Virus record (IMG/VR): IMGVR_UViG_3300009428_000004
Span: 10,467 to 74,466 of that record
Length of the DNA stretch: 64,000 nucleotides
From: a virus
Reading direction: 5' to 3' (one strand)
The notes beneath the pieces are model-generated. The model searched no databases, had not been told where the DNA came from, and worked only from the letters and a program-made list of their open reading frames with translations. A program made the translations under genes and the position numbers. Shown piece by piece: positions 17,059 to 26,496 of the stretch. Within the stretch, counting starts at the first letter, position 1, and every line of letters begins with the position of its first letter.

Positions 17059-18209
17059 TGTAGTACCTTAAGTATGATGGTATCCCTATTAATACGACCG
17101 TCTGTCGTATTCTCTTTGGTCTTTAATGCTTTCAATTCCTTGAGAGACTTGGCTTTACTACCTTTACCCAGAAGGGCTATGTACTCTTCAGGCTTTCTAA
17201 GCATCTTCTTAAACGATCTTTCAGCACAGAATCCAGTTACAGTACTACCTTTCACCTGAAATCCATCTCTTCGATCAGACACCAGATACTTCATGACCCT
17301 AGTCTTAGTATTGAACAAGTACATGGATTCAGCACCCACCATCTTTTCAGGACTGACACTAGCGATCTTGAACTCCGATGAAGAAGGCAAGTATAATACC
17401 TTAGCCACTTGCTTATGTGCGGGAGTAGCTTTTTTAGTGCGAGGCTTACGTGTTGCTTTCTTGCTGACAAGAAATTTCTCACAGTCAGTAATGATATTGC
17501 TAACGAACTTGTAGAATGCCTTCTGCTGTTTAGGAGTAAAGTTGTCATATCCCTCAATAAGGTCTTCTGTCTTATCTTCGACTAGTTCACGCAACTCTTC
17601 CTGAACGCTCTTATAATACTTAATAGTATCGTGGGCAGTCTGTGCGGCAGAGTTCAACTTGATCATCTCATTATAGATCGACCAATCTTTATCTAAAGTA
17701 CCCTGTGTAAATTCGTCAACAAAGCCTTCGATCTCTCCTATGAACTCATTAGTCTTTTCGCCCAATAGTTCGGATGGACTCTTTCGCTTTACAGGCTCAG
17801 AAGCTTCTGGATCAATCACAGTCTTTACAGTCTTACCATAAGCGATAACGTTATTCAAATTAGTCTCTAAGAAACTCTTTGCAGATTTACTCAACACACA
17901 GCCATCTCTTTCCATCTTACATAATGATGCAAGTGTCGAGCTAGTACGCCAGTCATCAGCGGCTTTATAGTCTTTAAGATCCGAAGGACGATTGTCTTTG
18001 ATCCAAGCTATAGTCCAGGCTAAGTAACTCTTCTTATCATAGAAGTACCCGTAATGGCGCATAGTCTCCATAGTTCGAGCTTCATATTTTTCAGCAGGGA
18101 CACTAGACCAATCGGTAGTCTCTCTACCAATATGACCTTCTTCTATCAACTTTACGGATTTGCTTTTTCGAGGTGCTGACCTCATTACTTTTTTTGCTGA
18201 TTTAGCCAT
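17055..18209 (-). CDS. Conserved T4-like hypothetical protein
   Basis: 384-aa ORF behind a TTGACA-N17-TAGGAT promoter; C-terminal SFKKMLRKPEE...GRINRDTIILKV. Confidence 0.75.
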   Translation of the reverse strand: MAKSAKKVMRSAPRKSKSVKLIEEGHIGRETTDWSSVPAEKYEARTMETMRHYGYFYDKKSYLAWTIAWIKDNRPSDLKDYKAADDWRTSSTLASLCKMERDGCVLSKSAKSFLETNLNNVIAYGKTVKTVIDPEASEPVKRKSPSELLGEKTNEFIGEIEGFVDEFTQGTLDKDWSIYNEMIKLNSAAQTAHDTIKYYKSVQEELRELVEDKTEDLIEGYDNFTPKQQKAFYKFVSNIITDCEKFLVSKKATRKPRTKKATPAHKQVAKVLYLPSSSEFKIASVSPEKMVGAESMYLFNTKTRVMKYLVSDRRDGFQVKGSTVTGFCAERSFKKMLRKPEEYIALLGKGSKAKSLKELKALKTKENTTDGRINRDTIILKVLQ

Positions 18210-18249
18210 TAACTAACTCCATTTCGATTTATGTATACATCCTAACACA

Positions 18250-19194
18250 CTATGAGGAGCTTGTCAAGAGGTTTTTTAATAAATCTTCCCATTGTTCTTT
18301 TCTTCGTCTCCAGGAATATATAGCATCTACGGTATGTTTAGCAGTATTAAGATGTTCAATTAACCTCTCTCGCTTTGTCGGATTTGAATACACATTTAGA
18401 GCATTCTCTAATTCGTGTAGAAATTTGACGCCGTGAGTCGGTCTATCTTCTATAATGCCGTACATTGATGTAACGCCCAAGCACATTTCAGGAAAAGAAC
18501 CTGTAGAAGAATGTATGCACATACAGCCTGCAGAAATAGCTTTCAGTAAAGGAGTGTACGACATCTCAGGATAATCAGTAGGGTACACAAATATGTGTGC
18601 TTCCTGCATATAAGATAGTAGTTCCTTTTCGGTAGCATCTCTGAACACACTGACTTTAGGATTATCTCGTATATCATTAGACAGTGATTGAAGCGATGGA
18701 GTCATCTCTTCAGGATTTGTTAGATTTGTTACGACTATCATACGTGTATCTTCATGCATCTTTCTAGTAAGCTTTTTAAAAGCACCATAAGCCAGGTCGA
18801 GTCCTCGATTCATTTCACCCACATACAATATATTAGTAAATTTCTTAGGCTTATTTCTAGAAAGTTTGTTAGGTACAGTGTCTATAGCATTACGTAGAAC
18901 TATTCCAGCACCATAAGGTATATCTAAGAATAGATTATACATTTGCTGTTGCCAGTGAGACGCAAATATGATTGCTTCATATTCTTTCCATCGACCATCT
19001 TCTAGACATTCAAGCGAAGGATGATCAGCAGGCACCGACGGCATGAAGATAGTCCTCACACCGTCAGTTACCTTACTGGGAGATGTGACAAACTCGAACT
19101 CATCGAGTAATGTGTGCTTAACGTCTCGCCTAATAAGGTCTAACGTCAAGTCAACACTGGTCACAATCGCAGAGTTTCGACTATTGGACTCCAT
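18250..19194 (-). CDS. Glycosyltransferase (GT-B fold, GT4-like)
   Basis: IIFASHWQQQMY, VLRNAID, ILYVGEMNRGL, AHIFVYPT, AISAGC; start uncertain (19194 or upstream). Confidence 0.75.
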   Translation of the reverse strand: MESNSRNSAIVTSVDLTLDLIRRDVKHTLLDEFEFVTSPSKVTDGVRTIFMPSVPADHPSLECLEDGRWKEYEAIIFASHWQQQMYNLFLDIPYGAGIVLRNAIDTVPNKLSRNKPKKFTNILYVGEMNRGLDLAYGAFKKLTRKMHEDTRMIVVTNLTNPEEMTPSLQSLSNDIRDNPKVSVFRDATEKELLSYMQEAHIFVYPTDYPEMSYTPLLKAISAGCMCIHSSTGSFPEMCLGVTSMYGIIEDRPTHGVKFLHELENALNVYSNPTKRERLIEHLNTAKHTVDAIYSWRRRKEQWEDLLKNLLTSSS

Positions 19195-19471
19195 TAGGCA
19201 ACAACTGTCCTGCCACATCACGTAAGCTATCCCATCTGAATGATCTCCAGCCAACAGCGTCTACATCCCAAACAGGTAATGCAAACTCGTTAGACTTTTT
19301 CTTGCCCGCAACTGTGCCCTCAATAGGGGGCGAAACCACGATCAGGGATTCACTCAACGTAGCATTCATCTCTCTACGTGCGCCGTTTGCTTTAATGAAC
19401 TCGATCCTTACTGATCCAGCTTTAAGCATATCTTTTATTTCATCTTTAGTCATTATATTCTCCATTTTCAT
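19181..19471 (-). CDS. WYL-like/SH3 beta-barrel small protein
   Basis: IEFIKANGARREMNATL...VWDVDAVGWRSFRWD. Confidence 0.7.
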   Translation of the reverse strand: MKMENIMTKDEIKDMLKAGSVRIEFIKANGARREMNATLSESLIVVSPPIEGTVAGKKKSNEFALPVWDVDAVGWRSFRWDSLRDVAGQLLPNGVQ

Positions 19472-19694
19472 TTATTAAAACTTCATTCACTTTTTGAGCT
19501 AGTTGCTCGTATCCACCGATGTGTTCTTCATTCCACAATATCTGTGGCACGACATTCTCACCGGGAAATCTCTTCTTGAAATCCTCAACATCATCTTCAA
19601 CAAGTCTGTACTCATATTCCATCTCTGCCGTTTGGCATAACTGAATACACTTTAAGCACCAAACACAGTTGGCTGATCCGTATATAACAATCAT
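19446..19694 (-). CDS. Glutaredoxin
   Basis: IYGSANCVWC, VPQILWNEEHIGGY. Confidence 0.9.
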   Translation of the reverse strand: MIVIYGSANCVWCLKCIQLCQTAEMEYEYRLVEDDVEDFKKRFPGENVVPQILWNEEHIGGYEQLAQKVNEVLINENGEYND

Positions 19695-20005
19695 CGTTGT
19701 TCAGGTTTCCATTTATTGATAAATTCAAGCTTTTGCTCGATTGACCACTCTGCGAGGTAATCATTCTCCTCATCGAATAGATCGAGTATGCCATCAGTGT
19801 CATATGTTTGCATATCGATAATATTTTCACCTAGCCACTTTTGAGAGAACTCGGACACGTCTTCACAAGTGACGGCATCTAATGCCCACTTAGGATCGAC
19901 AGGAACAGAGGTGTTCTCAAGTTGTAGTTGGCTTTTAGGTACACAATACTTTTGTCGGAACATACTTACAGTTGTAACTACGATGTACTCTTCTTCTTCA
20001 GACAT
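19691..20005 (-). CDS. Hypothetical protein
   Basis: VTTVSMFRQKYCV...EFSQKWLGENI. Confidence 0.65.
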   Translation of the reverse strand: MSEEEEYIVVTTVSMFRQKYCVPKSQLQLENTSVPVDPKWALDAVTCEDVSEFSQKWLGENIIDMQTYDTDGILDLFDEENDYLAEWSIEQKLEFINKWKPEQR

Positions 20006-20071
20006 ATATTTTCCTTAGTCATCTTGCATTTATTAGTGTATGATACACCATCAAGTCACGTTTGTCAAGTC

Positions 20072-20539
20072 TTAATTGAAAAGTTTTTTCCAAATAGAAG
20101 TATTTTCTTCTTCAGATCGGGCTTCTTCAGCTTCAGTCTTAGCTTCTTCCATGTCACTGTTTGCTTCTTCTATAGCATCTTCGGATTCTTGATAGTATCC
20201 TTCATAAGCCGCAACAATGGCTTGCTGTTGTTGAATGTATGCTCTTAAGTCTGATAGGTTGAGTCCCAAGTTTTGATAGCCTTCATCAGTCACACCAAAA
20301 ATTGCAATTGATCTACCAGATTCTTTTACCTTATTGAACTGCTCTTCTACGTTTTCAGGCGTAATGATAACCCAATCAATCTTTCTCTGAAATAGTTGAT
20401 CCGAGACTGGTAGAACTAGCTTTGGCTTTTCAATGGGCTTTGCCGATACCGTGATCGGCTGGGGCATACTACTGCAACCACTAATTACTGTTATAATTGT
20501 CAAACAACCAAGGACATTCACTATTGAACTTCTTGCCAT
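20072..20539 (-). CDS. Outer-membrane spanin (Rz1-like lipoprotein)
   Basis: Lipobox ISGC, Pro-rich start, C-terminal coiled coil; overlaps the i-spanin gene. Confidence 0.75.
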   Translation of the reverse strand: MARSSIVNVLGCLTIITVISGCSSMPQPITVSAKPIEKPKLVLPVSDQLFQRKIDWVIITPENVEEQFNKVKESGRSIAIFGVTDEGYQNLGLNLSDLRAYIQQQQAIVAAYEGYYQESEDAIEEANSDMEEAKTEAEEARSEEENTSIWKKLFN

Positions 20540-20936
20540 TTTCTGCCTCCTTCTCTTTATCTGTTAATGGTGCACCAGAAAGCAACTCAAAACATCTACC
20601 TGCTTTCAGAGATGCTCCATTGATAACTCTTTCTACTAAACCAGGTTTATTCTCTGCTAGATTACCTAGATCATGTCTACCTAGTTTATCTGATAGAACT
20701 CTGTTTTGTTGTCTGATAGCTGAAAACTCCGAGTTAACTTTAGTCAACTGTTCGTTTGCCTGAGCATATGATTGTTGTAAAGACGTTACAGCGTCTTCAC
20801 TGATTTGAATGGCTGTCTCCAGCTTTGCGTTGTTGGCATTTAAAATGCGTAAACGCTCTTGTGTGTCATTGTAATACCAGTAGAATGCACCGATAGTCAT
20901 GACTGTGATTATTGCAAATATTCCTGCTAATCTCAT
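20481..20936 (-). CDS. Inner-membrane spanin (Rz-like)
   Basis: N-terminal TM, long coiled coil, LAENKPGLVERVIN, C-terminal cysteines. Confidence 0.75.
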   Translation of the reverse strand: MRLAGIFAIITVMTIGAFYWYYNDTQERLRILNANNAKLETAIQISEDAVTSLQQSYAQANEQLTKVNSEFSAIRQQNRVLSDKLGRHDLGNLAENKPGLVERVINGASLKAGRCFELLSGAPLTDKEKEAENGKKFNSECPWLFDNYNSN

Positions 20937-21350
20937 ATTATTCCTCCTATGTTTTAATATCTATAAGGTTTCCAGTTCGACTAGCGGCTTCAACAATTCT
21001 CACTCGCTTCTTACTAGCGGTGTTGACTTTATCTGCAACTATAGGATACACAGCAGGTATAGCAATTTGCTCACTTCTTTGTATTTCCATCTGCCTCATT
21101 AGGACGCTGTTTGTCATCTCTACTCGCATCTACCTTTTCCTTCTTTCCGAATATGGTATCCCAGTTATCTCTACCCTGTTTTGAAAGGGCTTTAGATCGG
21201 ATGCTATCTCCGGTTATATCATTTTTTGTACTCATTCTTCCTCTTCTTCATCATCATATATACACGCTCTTATCGTTATTAAAACTACCACAAACAAAAT
21301 TATTACCCATTCAATAACCGTACCCTCAAACATCTAGATCCTACTCCTAT

Positions 21351-21695
21351 TTAGTTATAGTAGAAGCTTTCTCCGCATCCACATTTTCCGCTAACATTTG
21401 GGTTAACAAACTGATAACCCTCATTGAGTCCTACCTTCTCATAATCTAATCTGGTACCCACTAAATGCACCAAACTTTTAGGATCAATTATAATAACTGC
21501 TCCATCTTTTTCAATCGTGGTGTCTTCCGAATCAGAGTTTTCTAATGCATATTCTAAGTGGTAGGCATATCCTCCACATCCTGAAGTTACTACTGATACA
21601 CGTACAGCACAGCAATCTGGACGATCAGCTAAACTATATTTAATTCTCTCAACTGCCTTTTCACTAATGTCTATCACAGCCCTATTAGACCCCAT
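21351..21695 (-). CDS. iscA: A-type Fe-S carrier IscA/HesB
   Basis: RVSVVTSGCGGYAY, IDPKSL..L.GTRLDY, FVNPN...CGCGESF. Confidence 0.93.
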   Translation of the reverse strand: MGSNRAVIDISEKAVERIKYSLADRPDCCAVRVSVVTSGCGGYAYHLEYALENSDSEDTTIEKDGAVIIIDPKSLVHLVGTRLDYEKVGLNEGYQFVNPNVSGKCGCGESFYYN

Positions 21696-21895
21696 CCATG
21701 ATTTGCTATTGCATTAGTTATAATGGCTACGCAAGTTATCATATGTGTAAGCCACCAAACTGTTCTAATACCTGCTACCGTATTTGCTTGTCTATCAGTT
21801 TCACCAACCTTTTCTCCTAGACTCTTAGCCCAGATTCTCCACCATTTACTCATAACCATCCTATTAGAATGTTTATCATTATTAGATAAACGCAC
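21674..21895 (-). CDS. Small membrane protein
   Basis: WRIWAKSLGEKVGETDRQAN..AGIRT. Confidence 0.6.
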   Translation of the reverse strand: MRLSNNDKHSNRMVMSKWWRIWAKSLGEKVGETDRQANTVAGIRTVWWLTHMITCVAIITNAIANHGWGLIGL

Positions 21896-22023
21896 ATTAG
21901 ATTTGACAATACTATGAACGTACGGATATATGAGATTCTATTCTCGTTAGTCGCATCATATCCATCTTCCTCATCGAAAGATCCTAGAGCGTGTTTCCAT
22001 ACAGTCCATAACTTTTTCACAAT

Positions 22024-22317
22024 TCATTCAATGTCTTTTATTACGGCATTATGAATAGCGAACATTCCGCAGTCCATGCCTCTGTCGTAAGAGTTGCCGC
22101 TCAGTCCCATGACTTCATACAACGTATGTCGATAAGATCCTTGATCTAACATCGAGCCTTGAAATATTTTTCTAGAAACTGCATACATTGCATGTTCCTT
22201 CTCATCATATGAAAGTGCATCCCACCAAGCATCATTGAGCTTTTCGAATTCTTTTCTACGACTATCTCTTTTTGTGGTTTCTGCTAAATCTGCAATTTCT
22301 CTGTCCATTAGTCCCAT
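22024..22317 (-). CDS. Hypothetical protein
   Basis: GSYRHTLYEVMGL..NSYDRGMDCG. Confidence 0.6.
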   Translation of the reverse strand: MGLMDREIADLAETTKRDSRRKEFEKLNDAWWDALSYDEKEHAMYAVSRKIFQGSMLDQGSYRHTLYEVMGLSGNSYDRGMDCGMFAIHNAVIKDIE

Positions 22318-22850
22318 AACCCTTCGTAATATTTACCAAATAATTCAAACCCTTTTGTGATACGTGATTGATACTCTTCACGTCCTTCGCTATCGACCTT
22401 AAACGTGTCGTTCTCTATATCGCCCGAATAAAACTGTTCTTCCCAATTGTTGTTCTTACTCTCAAAGGCAAAGATCATATCATCGAGAATGTTATTCCAT
22501 TCTTCTTCAGTGAGACTTGAGGGATAACCATGAGTAGTAGCCTTTAGCTGTTTAAGCATAGGAACAACAATATGCGCTAAAGTAGTATCCATACTCCAAG
22601 TATCATACTTATGTATATCAACTTTAACACTTTGTTCCTTGTTATCTAGATATAAATTTATCGTATGATCGTATACCCAATCGATCATGCCGTCTAAAGC
22701 TTCGACATAGAAGTCAAAAGATTCAGAACTATCTAAGAACCTATCGCCATACTTTGTCTCCATGTAGTTCTCATGAACACTTGAGCGCCAGCGGGATGCG
22801 TAAGGACCAATTTTTACTTTCATTTTACTATCCAATTCATGTTTAACCAA
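22308..22850 (-). CDS. Hypothetical protein
   Basis: DIHKYDTWSMDTTLAHIVVPMLKQLK...WNNILDDMIFAFE. Confidence 0.7.
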   Translation of the reverse strand: MVKHELDSKMKVKIGPYASRWRSSVHENYMETKYGDRFLDSSESFDFYVEALDGMIDWVYDHTINLYLDNKEQSVKVDIHKYDTWSMDTTLAHIVVPMLKQLKATTHGYPSSLTEEEWNNILDDMIFAFESKNNNWEEQFYSGDIENDTFKVDSEGREEYQSRITKGFELFGKYYEGLWD

Positions 22851-23158
22851 TCGTGATCTTCGTCAAGCAACTCAATTTTGTCACCGTGTATGTCTTTAAG
22901 CTGTGAATATATGCCGGTAATAGACATTCTCATACCATAAGATTTCTCATGGCAGTGATATCTACTGCTACTCTTTCCTCTAAAAACATAGCACTCATCT
23001 ACGTATTCAACACTCACGATTCCACTGTTTATTTTCCAGCTATCACCGTATAAGTATCCACCGCTCCATCCAGCAAGTACTCGATAGTGCGATTTGTCAC
23101 CTTGAGACAGTTTAAGTATTACCCACGAATCTGGGTGAACTACATCAGGCACTGTCAA
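22820..23158 (-). CDS. Conserved T4-like hypothetical protein
   Basis: PDSWVILK...YRVLAGWSGGYLYGDSWKINSGI. Confidence 0.7.
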   Translation of the reverse strand: MTVPDVVHPDSWVILKLSQGDKSHYRVLAGWSGGYLYGDSWKINSGIVSVEYVDECYVFRGKSSSRYHCHEKSYGMRMSITGIYSQLKDIHGDKIELLDEDHDWLNMNWIVK

Positions 23159-23375
23159 CTTCTAACTCTGTTTCTCCAAATACCGATGGTGCAAGTTTTC
23201 GTGCCTCTTCCATGTGGTACTCACCTGGAAAATGCTTAATAGCGTAATACGCTTTAAGTCGTATCTCTTTGGGCACTCTAGGAGTTTTCTTAGGGTCCAT
23301 TAATTCTACTAGAAACTCACGAGTGTTTCTAACAGCATAGAACCTTTCCTTAGGCATGGTCATTAGATGATACAC
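23145..23375 (-). CDS. Small hypothetical protein
   Basis: MTMPKER..A...TREFLVELMDPKKTPRVPKEIR..A....KHFP. Confidence 0.65.
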   Translation of the reverse strand: MYHLMTMPKERFYAVRNTREFLVELMDPKKTPRVPKEIRLKAYYAIKHFPGEYHMEEARKLAPSVFGETELEVDSA

Positions 23376-23626
23376 TTAATGTGTTTAGCATCTATGATTG
23401 CCGCTTTCTGACCATCGATTGTTACAGGCATGGACTCTTTCCAGTTGAGGTACACCTCTACTCCAACCATTAACTCTGGCATAATACTAGCAACTGTTTC
23501 ACTAACACTCAGTACGATACCTGGCTTAACAGCCTTGTCAATATCAGCAGTTAGAATAATACCACCTGCCGTGGTGGTAGATTGTTCTGCTTCAGTGAGC
23601 AAAACGTTGTTATGTAGCATCTTCAT
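23363..23626 (-). CDS. groES: GroES-like co-chaperonin (T4 gp31 analogue)
   Basis: MLHNNVLL...TTTAGGIILT...GIVLSVS. Confidence 0.75.
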   Translation of the reverse strand: MKMLHNNVLLTEAEQSTTTAGGIILTADIDKAVKPGIVLSVSETVASIMPELMVGVEVYLNWKESMPVTIDGQKAAIIDAKHIKCII

Positions 23627-23627
23627 A

Positions 23628-23792
23628 TTAATCCTCAGTTTTTTGTAAAGACCAGGTATTATTACCCATGTCTGTAAATTCTATACTGTCCCCAACCTTC
23701 CAGCCGGCTTCAATAAGAAGATCGTCTGGAAAATCAAGAGCAAGTGCAGTGGGATCATCTGGATCCTGAATAACTTCGACAGTTCTAATCAT
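23628..23792 (-). CDS. Small AbrB/MazE-like protein (not in ORF track)
   Basis: LALDFPDDLLIEAGWKVGDSIEFTD; TGATG-coupled. Confidence 0.55.
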   Translation of the reverse strand: MIRTVEVIQDPDDPTALALDFPDDLLIEAGWKVGDSIEFTDMGNNTWSLQKTED

Positions 23793-24070
23793 CAGACAAT
23801 CAATCCGCTATTAGCTGAATGATATGCCTTAGTCACGACATCATTAGTCTTAGTGACGAACACGATGCCTCCTGTGTAAAACCTAACAGACTTGGGAGAA
23901 TCTTCGCCTGTAACGCAGATACCTGTGCCAAATCCGACACCTTGCTCTCCAGATACTAGCATCTTAGGATCTCCCATTTCGAGCATTGCAGGACTTTCGT
24001 TCACATATTTGCCCACATATTCTCCAGCTACAGTTATCACTGTAATGATATCATTTTTCTTAAAGCTCAT
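23792..24070 (-). CDS. Small Sm-like beta protein
   Basis: DIITVITVAGEYVGKY. Confidence 0.55.
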   Translation of the reverse strand: MSFKKNDIITVITVAGEYVGKYVNESPAMLEMGDPKMLVSGEQGVGFGTGICVTGEDSPKSVRFYTGGIVFVTKTNDVVTKAYHSANSGLIV

Positions 24071-24475
24071 TCTTCATCCTCTTCTTCATTAAGTTGTTCA
24101 AGTCTGACCTTCATCTCAGATATAAGAGCAAGTAGCTCTAAGCCAATGTCTTTATCCTCGCTTGTGTCAATGTTAATATTAAATTCAATTTTCATAATTT
24201 ACCTCGAAGACTGGTTAACCCTGTCCTCTATATTTTTTAAAACTAGCCTTCTTTGATTTATTCATTGAAGACATCTTTACATTTCTACCATTGCCCTGGG
24301 AAGTCTTTTTGCTATTCGACTCTGGGCGCCATCCTCCTAACGTTTTTGCCATATATTTCTCCTATCGGTATGGGCTGTTGAACACGCACAGATTGATACT
24401 GTTTCAACTTTTCCCTCACTTCGGTGACAGTGAGGTTGGCGATTGTTTAACATTGCTGTTAAATAGCCCAAATTT

Positions 24476-24916
24476 TTAATTTACTAAACTCATGTGAAAG
24501 GGAAAGCATTTTGTAAACAAAACGTCTGCTAACCCCATCGCCTCTTTCTCCCATGGCTGGTTCTCATATTTATATCCACCAGCACTGCGCTTTTTCCACT
24601 GGAACTCTCCACTACTATTGTAGGATAATTCTCCACGTATGTACTGTCTCACATGAACCAACTCATGGGCAAGTGTCTGCATCTGCTCAAGGAACGATAA
24701 GTTATCACCGTTCGACTTTCTCGCTATCTGGACTTTAGCAACGTTTTTATCACCGAAACACAAGCCCATACATTCACCATCTAAAACCGTCTCAAACTTT
24801 ATTATAAGCGACTTACTTCTAAGTCTATGCAGTTTGAGACTGACCAGCATGTTAGCGACATACTGATCAACCACTTTTGTATTCTTATGTCTTCCGACAA
24901 GAAAATACTCCATCAT
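24476..24916 (-). CDS. Zn-metallopeptidase-like protein (HEXXH)
   Basis: TLAHELVHVRQY...YENQPWEKEA. Confidence 0.75.
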   Translation of the reverse strand: MMEYFLVGRHKNTKVVDQYVANMLVSLKLHRLRSKSLIIKFETVLDGECMGLCFGDKNVAKVQIARKSNGDNLSFLEQMQTLAHELVHVRQYIRGELSYNSSGEFQWKKRSAGGYKYENQPWEKEAMGLADVLFTKCFPFHMSLVN

Positions 24917-25100
24917 ATACTACCTCAGCCTAAATGACCTTGACGAATCAATTTAGGTATAGCTGAACTAATCAATGCTACACCAACAATACACCAAAAT
25001 AAAGTTTGCATTAAGGGTGGTCCCTGTATGCCAGCTTCGGTTGCAAAGTCATCAGCACCTACTGTGCCAAGTACTATAAAGATTCCTAATATAAATCTAA

Positions 25101-25310
25101 TCATTTAACTCTCACAATATATGCTGGTTTACTGTTATCAAGAATGAGGTCTTCATTAGTGACAGGCTCCACGTAGTCTACCCACACCTCAGCAGGAATT
25201 AGATGCTCTTCTCGATAATCTAAAGCTTCTACTTGGTTGCGGAAGGTCTTAAGAACAGTCATAGCATCATCAGTAAGATTTCTTAGTACATACATAATAT
25301 AGTCTCTCAA
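25101..25310 (-). CDS. Small early protein
   Basis: Behind the promoter at 25329-25356. Confidence 0.55.
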   Translation of the reverse strand: MRDYIMYVLRNLTDDAMTVLKTFRNQVEALDYREEHLIPAEVWVDYVEPVTNEDLILDNSKPAYIVRVK

Positions 25311-25328
25311 TCATTCAAATCAGATACT

Positions 25329-25356
25329 ATTATAGCAGGTTTGGCGCCAATGTCAA
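25329..25356 (-). promoter_or_regulatory. Early sigma70 promoter cassette
   Basis: TTGACA-TTGGCGCCAAACCTGC-TATAAT (N16). Confidence 0.8.
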
Positions 25357-25364
25357 GCTTTTTA

Positions 25365-25832
25365 TCAAGAAAAGTTAAAATTTTCTACAAAGTCAGGGTA
25401 ATCCACAGCCTCTTCGGGCAACATTTCACCATCTTTGACTCTAAACCTAGTTACCTCACCCGTAGATCGGACATACTCTCTACCACCATCAATCATGTTT
25501 CCATCTAGGAACAGACACTCATGATGTGATCTGGAATACCAGTACTTACCATCTCTGTCTTTTACCATTCCAAACTGATATCTATCAGAAGTCTCTATCG
25601 CATCTGCGTCTGTAATCATGATTCGGGCATCATTAGCAAAAGGATTCTTGTATAGTCCAAAGTAGCGATTGCCAAACTCTGGATGTGGACTCTCTCGGTA
25701 AAAGATATCTACTGGCAAATCGCTTGCCAATAGATCAGTTGTACACACGTATTTGATAGACACGCCATCCTTGTTCTCGTAATAAGATATAGCTTTCTTT
25801 CTATCAAACACGGGTGCATGATTAATTTCCAT
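25365..25832 (-). CDS. Hypothetical protein
   Basis: DIFYRESPHPEFGNRYFG...IDGGREYVR. Confidence 0.7.
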   Translation of the reverse strand: MEINHAPVFDRKKAISYYENKDGVSIKYVCTTDLLASDLPVDIFYRESPHPEFGNRYFGLYKNPFANDARIMITDADAIETSDRYQFGMVKDRDGKYWYSRSHHECLFLDGNMIDGGREYVRSTGEVTRFRVKDGEMLPEEAVDYPDFVENFNFS

Positions 25833-26052
25833 TACGTTCTCTCCAATTCTTAAGGCTGTTATAACCTTGCTTGGGCTCTCTCTTCTTTCGAAGTTGTCGT
25901 ATTTGTTTAACGCCTTTTCGGGCTATACGTGCCACATAAGATCGTCTGATCCTATCTGTTCTGGTAGGGCGTTCTAAATAAGGTTCATTGACGATTACGA
26001 TTTCAGCTTCACTCTCTGCCATTTCAGCTAGAGCCTCTTCGACTTCATTCAT
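25822..26052 (-). CDS. Small basic protein
   Basis: RBS GGGGAG; Arg/Lys-rich C-terminus. Confidence 0.55.
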   Translation of the reverse strand: MNEVEEALAEMAESEAEIVIVNEPYLERPTRTDRIRRSYVARIARKGVKQIRQLRKKREPKQGYNSLKNWRERNGN

Positions 26053-26073
26053 AGGAATTCTCCCCTTTCAGTA

Positions 26074-26107
26074 AAAAACCCCCTAAGACGATAAAAGCCT
26101 TAGAGGG
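26074..26107 (-). terminator. Rho-independent terminator
   Basis: CCCTCTAAG-GCTTTTATCGT-CTTAGGGGG-TTTTTT. Confidence 0.75.
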
Positions 26108-26181
26108 TCAGGTATAAGATAATTGCTTGGGTCCACGGTGTGTCGGGTCATATGTCTTACCTTATACCTTTATTTATGATA

Positions 26182-26400
26182 TTAGATACGTGGTTCAGGC
26201 GCATCAAAGAACTCTTTGATGATATCAAGCTGATCTCTATAAGTGGCTATTTGGTCCAACTCCGATTCGATAGCCTCTAAGATATTAGAGTGTTCACCAA
26301 TACCCACAGGATTTGCAAGATACACCTCAATGTTCATTCGATGCTTTTCAATATGCCCTAATGCATGTTGATTCAGTGCTGTTAAAATTTGCTTTCTCAT
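26182..26400 (-). CDS. Conserved T4-like small protein
   Basis: GHIEKHRMNIEVYLANPVGIGEHSNILEAIESEL. Confidence 0.75.
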   Translation of the reverse strand: MRKQILTALNQHALGHIEKHRMNIEVYLANPVGIGEHSNILEAIESELDQIATYRDQLDIIKEFFDAPEPRI

Positions 26401-26420
26401 ATTATACTCCGTTTCTATGT

Positions 26421-26496
26421 TGGTGCGCTTGAAAGGATTCGAACCTTTGACCCTCGGTTTCGTAGACCGATATTCTATCCACTGAACTACAAACGC
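26421..26496 (-). tRNA. tRNA-Arg (anticodon ACG)
   Basis: GCGTTTGTAGTTCAGTGGATAGAATATCGGTCTACGAAACCGAGGGTCAAAGGTTCGAATCCTTTCAAGCGCACCA: cloverleaf with encoded CCA. Confidence 0.97.
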
